Positions 1 through 10,391 of a stretch of DNA of 49,450 nt are shown one piece after another (within the stretch, counting starts at the first letter, position 1; each line of letters begins with the position of its first letter). Under the pieces are notes generated by a model, which did not search any database, was not told the DNA's origin, and was given only the letters and a program-made list of their open reading frames with translations. Source of the DNA: Collinsella sp. Lineage in GTDB: Bacteria; Actinomycetota; Coriobacteriia; Coriobacteriales; Coriobacteriaceae. Where the stretch lies: assembly GCA_022720335.1 (NCBI GenBank), contig JAIHVJ010000001.1, forward strand, positions 1-49,450, written 5' to 3'. The translations under genes and the position numbers were made by a program.

Positions 1-53
1 AACCTGTTGTTGTGGTGATTTCAGATTCTAGGACGAAGGCCGTTCTTCGTTAA

Positions 54-1061
54 ACGGGCGCTAGGGCGTCACCCTTACACCAACATTTTCGACGCGATCA
101 ACAAATCGGCCTTATCTGTGGCTATGAAATCAGTGTCACAAGGGAAGGAAGCCCTTACGGTTATTTAATACTTGACGCATCATATCCTGGGCTTCTGAAG
201 GAGATAACCCTCGGCGATACCATTCTCCCGATTTCAGCTTCTCTATCAAACGCCATTTCAACTTATTCCGGCCAACAGGCCACAAACCCAACCGTACTAA
301 TTTCGTACAACGATATTGAATATGGAACTTTGGTGCCAGGAACTAGAGACTGTGTAACCAACTATAACAATATACGGTCTGTCCCAATTGTCACCGAAAA
401 GGGTATAGCACCTCAAAGCAATAACCCAACTTCATGGGATGCAGTCATTATCAATGAAGATGACTTGATGTTGCATTTCCAAATAGACGATTTAAACGGA
501 ATACCGTTCCGAGGAGTCTCGGAATCATTAGTTGAAGCCCGCACTAATAAGTATGCATGCGTCGTTTCTGCCTTGTACGCTGTATCAATGCATTACGGTC
601 TCACCAGTTCAAACGCTAATCAATTTAATCCCGATTATTATAAAGAAATATGGAACGTCACTGGCACAACAACGTATAAGACCAATGATCAGGGCGTCGA
701 GTACGGAAGCACGATCATCCCAGATGGAATTGTTCCGTTTAAAAGTCTTGCCGCTCAAAAGGGTAGAGCACTTAATACTCAATTTTTCGGTTATCAGCCT
801 CAATTCGCTCAGTACAGAGCAACTATCGATCAAGGGAATATCGGCTTGTATCATATGTGGATCAACAGCCGAAACAGTGAAGGATCCGTCGAGCTATCAG
901 GTCATACAGTCACGGTAACTGGCTATTTTACTGGGCATAATGGAAGCTCTGGCATCGAACTGCAGTGGCTCGAAGTATTCGACGGATGGAACACTTATCC
1001 CCGAGCGATTAACTATGCAACGCCCAATATGGTCAAATTAAACGGAACAGTCTTTTGGTAG
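54..1061 (+). pseudogene. Papain-fold (C39/C10/C47-like) cysteine peptidase, apparently 5'-truncated
   Basis: Frame is open from 54 (after TAA at 51-53) to 1061; the first start codon in the ORF track is TTG at 330, but residues upstream look protein-like (GYEISVTREGSPYGYLILD). Catalytic-triad-like motifs: YACVVSA (Cys), GHTVTVTGY (His), VFDGWN (Asp). AT-richer than flanking core genes. Confidence 0.55.
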
Positions 1062-1066
1062 ACCGG

Positions 1067-1453
1067 ATGGCACCATCAAAATGCTATGGCACCACGGCCT
1101 TTGCCCTGGTTACGATATTGGTGATTTTCGCTATGTTTGCATCCGTTTCTTCATGCACAGATAGAGCCCGCTATAGCGGAGGAGATGATTACCTTGTCTT
1201 TGGAGCCGGCAGCGTTCATTCTATTGAGGGAACGGAACTCGTAATCCAAACAGACAACAGTCCCCGCTACACCGACGCTGGAAAGCAAACCCGGATTACA
1301 TTCCCCTCATCTGGCCGAATCAAAGACAAGCTTTCCCAAATCAAAGTTGGGACAAGAGTTTCCTACTCACGCTTTGAGTCGGTAGACGCATCTGGATCAT
1401 ACGAGGGAAACGATATCGAAATTGAACAGGCAAACACTATAAGGAGATGTTGA
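1067..1453 (+). CDS. Small putative lipoprotein
   Basis: ATG 5 nt after the peptidase stop; hydrophobic N-terminal stretch ending in lipobox-like VSSC; same AT-richer composition. Confidence 0.6.
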   Translation: MAPSKCYGTTAFALVTILVIFAMFASVSSCTDRARYSGGDDYLVFGAGSVHSIEGTELVIQTDNSPRYTDAGKQTRITFPSSGRIKDKLSQIKVGTRVSYSRFESVDASGSYEGNDIEIEQANTIRRC

Positions 1454-1483
1454 GGAACTGAGCCTCTGCGCAGTTCCTCAACA
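1448..1483. terminator. Bidirectional hairpin between convergent genes
   Basis: Perfect 13-bp inverted repeat TGTTGAGGAACTG / CAGTTCCTCAACA between the lipoprotein and ligA stops. Confidence 0.7.
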
Positions 1484-1488
1484 AATCA

Positions 1489-3789
<2,301 letters not shown>

Positions 3790-3826
3790 TCAAACCGCAC
3801 CGAATCGGCAGCGGCCGGACCGGGGC

Positions 3827-4028
3827 GGACAGTTAGTTCAGATACGTATAAATCCTAGAGCTGGATCAGGCACGAACACCCCTGTTTCAACTAATTTGAG
3901 CTCCTCGAAACCATGTAAACGTCCCGCTCGCCCTCCCAAGCACCCATTCAAGCCCCATCTCAATCAAAAAATTGCTCAAAACGCATCCCAAGCTGCCCCA
4001 GATTTATACGTATCTGAACTAACTGTCC
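3827..4028. mobile_element. 202-bp MITE-like element with perfect 28-bp terminal inverted repeats
   Basis: GGACAGTTAGTTCAGATACGTATAAATC (3827-3854) and its exact reverse complement (4001-4028); non-coding interior; no clear target-site duplication. Confidence 0.6.
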
Positions 4029-4103
4029 AGACCATTACGAACCAGGCCTCTTGTCAGCCCCAAGTGATCCGTTTTCCTCCGTCCCCAACGGATCAACAAG
4101 AAA

Positions 4104-4140
4104 AGAGGGGCTGTCCCACACTTGGCGGGACAGCCCCTCT
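4104..4140 (-). terminator. Intrinsic terminator of htrA
   Basis: AGAGGGGCTGTCCC / GGGACAGCCCCTCT stem followed by a T-run on the minus strand. Confidence 0.75.
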
Positions 4141-4166
4141 GGCTTCGGCATATGCGAAACGGCTCG

Positions 4167-5621
4167 CTAGTAGCCCTGGCCGTAGCCCTGGCCCTGCTGG
4201 CCTAGCAGCTCCTCCAGGTACTGGCGCAGCTGCTCGTCGGTAATACCGCCGTTGCCGGTGTCGGTCGAACTGTCGTCCTGCTGCTGGTTCTGCAGCTCCT
4301 CATCGGAGCCCAGCTCAACCGTGACCTTCTTCTCTTCCTTGCCGCGCATGAGCGTGATTTCGACTTTCTCGCCCACCTCGTGGCTGCGCAGCGCAATGAT
4401 CAGGCCATCGGCGCTCGTGATCTCGTCGTCGTCCAGCTTGGTAATGACATCGCCCTCTTGGATGCCAGCCTTGGCAGCAGGGCCATCCTCAACGACGCTC
4501 GCCACATACGCGCCGCTATCGGTGCTCAGCTTGTTGGTACGGGCGTTGAGCGCGTTGACGCTCGAAAGCGTAGCGCCCATGTACGGATGCACCGGCGTCT
4601 TGCCGTCGATGATCTGGTCGGCAATGTTCTTGGCATAGTTGACCGGAATGGCAAAACCCACGCCCGAGCTGGAGCCCGAGTAGCTCTCGATGAGCGAGTT
4701 GATACCCACGAGCTCGCCATTGTCGTTGACGAGCGCGCCGCCGGAGTTGCCTGGGTTGATGGCGGCATCGGTCTGAATCATGTTGGCATAGATGGTGTTA
4801 CCGCTGGTAGAGCTCATGGCCGTGGAGCGATACAGCGCCGACACAATGCCCGTAGAGACAGACTGTTCGTTACCGAACGGCGAACCGATTGCCATGACCC
4901 ACTCGCCCACGTTAAGCTTGGAGGAATCACCCATCTCGATCGGCGTGAGCTTGGAAGCGTCGGCGTCCTTAAGCTTGATGACGGCCAGGTCGCTCGAGGC
5001 GTCGTTGCCCACGAACTCGGCCTCATAGGTGGTGCCGTCGTCCATGGTCACCACGTACTGGTCGTAACCATCGACCACGTGGTTGTTGGTGAGGATGTGG
5101 CCCTCGGTATCGAGCACTACGCCCGAACCGACGCTGCCCGAGCTGTCCGACTCGTCGGCAGACTGCGAAAGCGAGCCATTCTGGCTGCCGCTCGAAGTGG
5201 CGGTGATGGAAACCACGGAGGGCAATGCCTTGGCAGAAACGGCCTCGGCCAGCGTAGTATCCTCGGAGTCAATGGTGATCTTTTGCGTCGACGAACCCGA
5301 AGCACCCGCCGTCACGGCGTTCTTTCCGCCGCCAATGTTGAGCGTGCCGCTCATAATGAGCGCAATGACCAGCAGGGCTCCGCAGGCACAGCCGGCAAGC
5401 GCCGTAATAAAGATCGGCAGCTTTTTGGTCTTGGTCTTGACCACCGTGTGCTTGTTCACGACCTGCTGGCCACCCAGCGGCTTGCCGGTCTGCGTGTCGT
5501 AGGCCTGCACGTAGGGAATGTTACTGCCGGCAGGCGTCGACTCCACCTGCACACGCGGCTGCTGCTGGGTCTCGCCGGCGTTGCCCGCATCCTGGGGACG
5601 CTGGGAATCGTACTCGCTCAT
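4167..5621 (-). CDS. htrA: HtrA/DegP-family membrane-anchored serine protease with PDZ domain
   Basis: TM helix, ILTNNHVV (His), DLAVIK (Asp), QTDAAINPGNSGG (Ser), one PDZ domain; GAAAGGA RBS before MSEYD. Confidence 0.93.
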   Translation of the reverse strand: MSEYDSQRPQDAGNAGETQQQPRVQVESTPAGSNIPYVQAYDTQTGKPLGGQQVVNKHTVVKTKTKKLPIFITALAGCACGALLVIALIMSGTLNIGGGKNAVTAGASGSSTQKITIDSEDTTLAEAVSAKALPSVVSITATSSGSQNGSLSQSADESDSSGSVGSGVVLDTEGHILTNNHVVDGYDQYVVTMDDGTTYEAEFVGNDASSDLAVIKLKDADASKLTPIEMGDSSKLNVGEWVMAIGSPFGNEQSVSTGIVSALYRSTAMSSTSGNTIYANMIQTDAAINPGNSGGALVNDNGELVGINSLIESYSGSSSGVGFAIPVNYAKNIADQIIDGKTPVHPYMGATLSSVNALNARTNKLSTDSGAYVASVVEDGPAAKAGIQEGDVITKLDDDEITSADGLIIALRSHEVGEKVEITLMRGKEEKKVTVELGSDEELQNQQQDDSSTDTGNGGITDEQLRQYLEELLGQQGQGYGQGY

Positions 5622-5829
5622 GGCTGCGATCCTTTCGTCAAATAACCAAAGGCCCGCCAAACATGTGGCGGGCCATCATTGTTCACGTTGAGTTGTACCC
5701 CAATATGCGGGTGCACGTGTATGAGAACGCAATCTTTTAGGAAGGCTTAAGTTCTGTTGCGGACCCGAAAGGAACCCACGCATGCGGCAAAACCACCACA
5801 AAGGTGCCTGTCCCCTTTGTGGTGAAAAG

Positions 5830-6492
5830 CTAGTCCTTAAACAGATAGCCCACGCCGCGGACGGTGGTGATGTGTGCCGCAATCTGCGGGCCCACCTTGG
5901 AGCGGATGCGTCGGATGTGCACGTCGACGGTACGGGTGCCGCCGCAGTACTCAAAACCCCACACGCGGTGCAGCAGCACCTCGCGGCTGTAGGCACGGTT
6001 GGGATGCGTCGCCAAAAAGCTCAGCAGCGAGTACTCCATCAGCGTCAGGTCGATGGGCTCGTTATCGAGTGTCACCTGGTAGGTGGCCAGGTTAATCTCG
6101 AGGTTATCGATGTTGAGCACATCGTCGGCGGTGACGGTCTCCTCCTCGCCCATCAGACGCTGCGCGCGAGCCTTGAGCTCGTTGGGCGTTGCCGTGGGAC
6201 ATACAAAGTCGGCATGCGCGTGATTCGGCAGGCGCAAGGTGCCGAGTGCCTCGTCATCGACGATCACCAACATGGGGACGCCGCCGCGATCGTCAAGCCA
6301 CTTGGCAATCTGATCGATGCGGTCGCTGCGGATGCCATCGCAATCGAGGATCAGCAGGTCAAAGTCGTGCGCCGCAGTCGGCGAATCGGGGGTGGCCAGG
6401 CTCACCTCGACACCCAGGGTGGTCGTCAAGCTGCGGGCAAACTCGTGGAAGCGCGTCGTGCGCGCCATGAACAGGGCACTCTTTTCGGACAT
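5830..6492 (-). CDS. glnR: OmpR-family response regulator, GlnR-like
   Basis: C-terminal winged helix (LTLMEYSLL...VWG...RTVDVHIRRIRSK), degenerate receiver domain, directly downstream of glnA; no cognate kinase nearby. Confidence 0.7.
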   Translation of the reverse strand: MSEKSALFMARTTRFHEFARSLTTTLGVEVSLATPDSPTAAHDFDLLILDCDGIRSDRIDQIAKWLDDRGGVPMLVIVDDEALGTLRLPNHAHADFVCPTATPNELKARAQRLMGEEETVTADDVLNIDNLEINLATYQVTLDNEPIDLTLMEYSLLSFLATHPNRAYSREVLLHRVWGFEYCGGTRTVDVHIRRIRSKVGPQIAAHITTVRGVGYLFKD

Positions 6493-6542
6493 ATCGGCCT
6501 CCAAAGAAATGAGCTCAATCGTACTGGAACAAGCCAGCGCGA

Positions 6543-7880
6543 TTAGGAGTTCGCCAGGTAGTGCTTGATCTCCCACTCGGTGATCGTGGACTCGAACTTA
6601 TGCCACTCGTCGCGCTTCTTTTTAAGGAAGAAGCTGTGGATGTGCTCGCCGAGGGCATCCTTCATAAACTGCGAGTCCTCAAACACGTCGAGCGCCTCTT
6701 TGAGCGAGCGCGGCAGCGGCGCGTAGCCGGCCTCGACCATCTGGCGGTCGGTGAGCTTGAGCGTCTCGGCCGTGGCCTCGGGCGGGAGCTCCAGCTTGCG
6801 CTCGATGCCGTCCAGACCAGCCGCCAGCGTGACGGCGTTGACCAGGTACGGATTGGCCATGGGGTCGGGGCTGCGAAGCTCGATGCGCGTGGACAGCTGC
6901 TTGCCGGGCTTGTAGACCGGGATGCGGACCATGCTCGCGCGGTTGCGCAGGCCCCACGTGGCGTACTGTGGCACGGAGTCGCCGCCCGTGGTGATGCGCT
7001 TGTACGAGTTGACCGTGGGGTTGGTGATAGCGCTGATCTCGCGGGCATGCGCCAGGATGCCGGCCATATAGTGCTTGGCGACGTCGGAGAGATGGTACTT
7101 CTCGTCGTCCTCGCCCCAAAAGACGTTGTTGCCGTCATGGTCGAACAGCGACTGGCACAGGAACATAGCACTGCCGTCCTCGCCCGCCAACGGCTTGGGC
7201 ATAAAGGAGGCGTGGCAACCGCTCTCGTAGGCCTGCTGCTTAATGATGAGCTTGGCCGTGGTGATGGCGTCGGACATGCTTAGGGCCTCGGCGTGGCGCA
7301 GGCTCATGCCGTGCTGCGAGCGACCGGCGGCGTGGAAGGTGTACTCCACGGGCACGGACATCTTCTCGAGCGTGAGGACCGTGTTGCGGCGCAGGTCGCG
7401 AGCGGCATCGCTCACCGAAAGATCGAAGTAGCCCACGTTGTCGAGCGGCTCGGGGGTGTGCTCGTCGGGGAAGTAATAGTACTCCAGCTCGGCGCCCACA
7501 TTGAGCAGGTAGCCAGCCTTCTCGGCCTTGCGGAACATGCGGCGCAGGGCATCGCGCGGGTCGCCGGCAAACGGCTTGCGATCGGGAGTGCACACGTCGC
7601 AGAACACGCGGGCGACGCCATTGTGGCTCGGGCGCCACGGCAAAATCTGGAAGGTCGAAGCATCGGGAAACGCCAGCATGTCGGCTTCCTCGGGCGTGGC
7701 AAAGCCCTCGATGGCGGAGCCGTCAAATCCAATACCCTCCTCAAAAGCGACCTCGAGGTCCTCGGGGCTAATGGCAAAGTTCTTGAGGCGGCCGAGAATG
7801 TCGACAAACCACAGACGCACAAAGCGGATGTCACGCTGCTCTACGGAGCGGAGTACGTAATCGATGTTCTGCTGGTTCAT
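6543..7880 (-). CDS. glnA: Glutamine synthetase type I family
   Basis: FDGSAIEGF, SFMPKP, NPTVNSYKR, NRASMVRIP, RIELRSPDPMANPY. Confidence 0.9.
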   Translation of the reverse strand: MNQQNIDYVLRSVEQRDIRFVRLWFVDILGRLKNFAISPEDLEVAFEEGIGFDGSAIEGFATPEEADMLAFPDASTFQILPWRPSHNGVARVFCDVCTPDRKPFAGDPRDALRRMFRKAEKAGYLLNVGAELEYYYFPDEHTPEPLDNVGYFDLSVSDAARDLRRNTVLTLEKMSVPVEYTFHAAGRSQHGMSLRHAEALSMSDAITTAKLIIKQQAYESGCHASFMPKPLAGEDGSAMFLCQSLFDHDGNNVFWGEDDEKYHLSDVAKHYMAGILAHAREISAITNPTVNSYKRITTGGDSVPQYATWGLRNRASMVRIPVYKPGKQLSTRIELRSPDPMANPYLVNAVTLAAGLDGIERKLELPPEATAETLKLTDRQMVEAGYAPLPRSLKEALDVFEDSQFMKDALGEHIHSFFLKKKRDEWHKFESTITEWEIKHYLANS

Positions 7881-7945
7881 GTCGCTCCCCTTTCTTTCGG
7901 GCGGGTTTCGACTGGTCTATATCGCAGATACTATCGCAGAAAAAT

Positions 7946-7961
7946 GTTTCCGCAGGGTTAA
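7946..7961 (-). promoter_or_regulatory. GlnR-box-like site upstream of glnA
   Basis: Minus strand reads TTAAC-CCTGCG-GAAAC, matching the actinobacterial GlnR consensus gTnAc-n6-GaAAc. Confidence 0.55.
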
Positions 7962-7967
7962 AGCGTA

Positions 7968-8867
7968 TCAAGCGCTCAAAAAACGTGTGGTGTCTTGCGC
8001 TGCTGTGGTCACACCGCCAAAGAGCACGTGGTTCCAAGGATAATCGTCAAACGTCGCAATCTTAAGACCAGCCGGTAACGAGGGTCCCAACTGCGCCAGA
8101 GCCTCGGTCAGACGCAGGAAGACCAGGCCGTTGACGGCAATCAGGCCGAGCTTTTTGCCGGCATAGTCACGCATGGTCTCGTCCAAGCGGCCGATGCCCG
8201 TGGCGCCACCGTCGGCCAGGGTGACAACCTCGCCCGCAAGTCCGCGGCGCGAAAGCTCGTCGGTAAAGGCCTCGGCGCGCTCTCGACGCACGGGGCTATC
8301 GTCGCTTGCCTCGGTGAGCAGGCACAGGCGCTCGCTGCCCGCAGCGGCCAAGGCGTCTACCAAGCCGGCGACTAGCTCACGGTTGTTAGATGTCACCAGA
8401 TCGACACCGCCGTCGGCAACGTCGCGGTCGAGCAGCACAACGGGCAGACGTCCCGCTGCCGCGGCGATCGCCTCGTCATTGCCTCCGCAGGTGTTGACGA
8501 CCAGGCCGTCCACGCCGGCATCGATAAGCCTGGTGAGCGACTCCGCTTCCTTAGCGGGGTCGTTGCCGCTAATGGCCGTCATGAGCGAGCAGCCGCGCGC
8601 GGCGGCGCTGACGGAAAGCCCTTCGAGCATGGCGCTGGAGAACGGGTTGGCGATGTCGGCCAGGATCACGCCGATGAGGTTGGTGCGCGAGCTGCGTAGA
8701 TTGCGCGCGGCGGCACGCGGGCGATAGCCGGTGCGCTCGATAACCGCCGCGATGCGAGCACGGGTTTCCTCAGTCATTTGCCCGGGGCGGTTGTTGAGAT
8801 AGCGCGAGACCGTGGCCGGGCTCACGCCCGCCTCGGCGGCAATGTCCTTGATTCTCATCTGCGCCAT
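7968..8867 (-). CDS. LacI-family regulator (KdgR/RegR-like), C-terminally truncated
   Basis: IKDIAAEAGVSPATVSRYLN HTH and periplasmic-binding-like domain; stops right after VTTAAQD, lacking the usual last helix and strand. Divergent from kdgK. Confidence 0.8.
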   Translation of the reverse strand: MAQMRIKDIAAEAGVSPATVSRYLNNRPGQMTEETRARIAAVIERTGYRPRAAARNLRSSRTNLIGVILADIANPFSSAMLEGLSVSAAARGCSLMTAISGNDPAKEAESLTRLIDAGVDGLVVNTCGGNDEAIAAAAGRLPVVLLDRDVADGGVDLVTSNNRELVAGLVDALAAAGSERLCLLTEASDDSPVRRERAEAFTDELSRRGLAGEVVTLADGGATGIGRLDETMRDYAGKKLGLIAVNGLVFLRLTEALAQLGPSLPAGLKIATFDDYPWNHVLFGGVTTAAQDTTRFLSA

Positions 8868-8932
8868 AACGCACCCCGTTTCCCAATTGTCGGCGGTCTG
8901 AGCCATTTTAGGCATTTTTTTAAAAATCTCGG

Positions 8933-8997
8933 TTGCAAAACGCTGTAGGTGAGTATACTACAACTCGAAACGAAACCGATTTCGTAAACCGATTTCG
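8933..8997 (+). promoter_or_regulatory. kdgK promoter with tandem LacI-type operators
   Basis: TTGCAA (8933) - N15 - TATACT (8954), then CGAAACCGATTTCG (8971-8984) and AAACCGATTTCG (8986-8997). Confidence 0.7.
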
Positions 8998-9001
8998 GTG
9001 A

Positions 9002-9059
9002 GCGTTGGCACGCAGGTGCAAAGACGCACCCTACCGTCTTGGCACCTGCGTGCCAACGC
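9002..9059 (+). ncRNA. Candidate structured 5' leader hairpin, copy 1 (CACCCUAC loop)
   Basis: 18-bp stem, A.G mismatch, 6-bp stem, loop CACCCTAC; homologue with compensatory changes at 12934-12993. Confidence 0.55.
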
Positions 9060-9102
9060 CATATCAAAGGTGTACGCACGAGCAAGAAGGAGCTACGCGA
9101 CC

Positions 9103-10137
9103 ATGGGTAAAACGGTTCTTACCTTCGGCGAGATCATGATGAGGCTATCGCCCAAAGACCACCTGCGCATTGAGCAGGCGACCGAGTTTGATGTCCGCTA
9201 CGGCGGCGCCGAGGCAAACACCGCGCTTTCCCTGGCCTACCAGGGCGACAAGGCCGCTTACGTCTCCGTTGTCCCGGCCAACCGTCTGGGCGAGTGCGCC
9301 CTGCGTTCGCTGAAGGCCTACGGCGTCGACACCACGCGCGTCGTGCGTCAGGGCGACCGTCTTGGCTCCTATGTGTTTGAGGTCGGTGCCTCGCAGCGCG
9401 GCAACGGCTGCGTCTACGACCGCAAGTTCTCTGCCATCAACATGGCCAAGCGCGATGTTTTTGACTGGGACGAGATCCTCAAGGGCATCGATGTCTTCTA
9501 CTTCTCCGGCGTGACCCCCGCCGTCTCCGACGAGATGGCCGCCGCCTGCAAGGAGGCTCTCGCCGTCTGCCGCGCCAAGGGCATCACCACCGTGTGCGAC
9601 GTGAACTATCGCGGCAAGATGTGGTCGCCCGAGAAGTCGCAGGCCACCATGAGGGAACTCCTGCCGCTCGTCGACATCTGCATCGCCAACGACGAGGATG
9701 CGCCTGCTGGCCTCGGTATGACCTGCGTCTCTGGCTCCCTTGCCCACGGCATCGAGGAGCGCGACACCTATGTCGAGATGGCCCGTCAGATCTGCGCCGA
9801 GTACGGCTGCAAGAAGGTCGCCTCGGTCGTCCGTAACATCTCCTGCGTCGAGCGCTCCATCTGGATGGGCATGCTCTTTGAGGCCGAGAGCGGCGAGCAC
9901 TGGTTCTCCCCTGCTCACGACGTGCACGTACTCGAGGGCGTTGCCGCCGGCGACGCTTTCAACGCCGGCCTCGTCCATGCCCTCATCAACGACTTTGACC
10001 CGCAGGACGCTGTCAACTACGCGATTGCAGCCTCGATCCTCAAGCTCACTATCAAGGGCGACTCCAACTTGGTGACCGCAGACGAGATCGCTGCCGTGGC
10101 CAACGCCGCCGACGGCGGCACCCGCGTCGCCCGTTAA
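9103..10137 (+). CDS. kdgK: 2-keto-3-deoxygluconate kinase (PfkB family)
   Basis: TFGEIMMRLSP, YGGAEANTA, DVNYRGKMWS, AGDAFNAG; AGGAG RBS; adjacent to eda. Confidence 0.9.
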   Translation: MGKTVLTFGEIMMRLSPKDHLRIEQATEFDVRYGGAEANTALSLAYQGDKAAYVSVVPANRLGECALRSLKAYGVDTTRVVRQGDRLGSYVFEVGASQRGNGCVYDRKFSAINMAKRDVFDWDEILKGIDVFYFSGVTPAVSDEMAAACKEALAVCRAKGITTVCDVNYRGKMWSPEKSQATMRELLPLVDICIANDEDAPAGLGMTCVSGSLAHGIEERDTYVEMARQICAEYGCKKVASVVRNISCVERSIWMGMLFEAESGEHWFSPAHDVHVLEGVAAGDAFNAGLVHALINDFDPQDAVNYAIAASILKLTIKGDSNLVTADEIAAVANAADGGTRVAR

Positions 10138-10224
10138 TTCGTTCCCCATTCCGCGGGCTGCAGTTTCCCATACCCATACCCCTGCAGCCCGCTCCCCGAT
10201 TCCTCCGGCCAGGTAGAACCACTT

Positions 10225-10343
10225 AGTCCCATTCCGGCTCTGCCTGGCATTCCTTCACGACTGGCCTCGTAGCCGGTTCCGAAATTGCTTGTGACCCAAG
10301 CAGTGCCTCCGATAACCAATCCGGAACCGGCTCATGGCCAATC
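10225..10343 (+). ncRNA. Candidate structured intergenic element, copy 1 (AGCAGUGCCUCCGAUAA core)
   Basis: Shares AGTCCCATTCCGGC, ACGACTG and AGCAGTGCCTCCGATAA with 13030-13140; 11-bp closing stem AGCCGGTTCCG / CGGAACCGGCT. Confidence 0.5.
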
Positions 10344-10391
10344 TTCTTAGCAATAACGCGCACTCGCGCGCCGTACATCGAAAGGAACATC

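Noticed and set aside
7831..8037. Frameshifted continuation of the truncated LacI via the T6 run
   Set aside because: The alternative frame reads into the glnA promoter and has no LacI C-terminal features.
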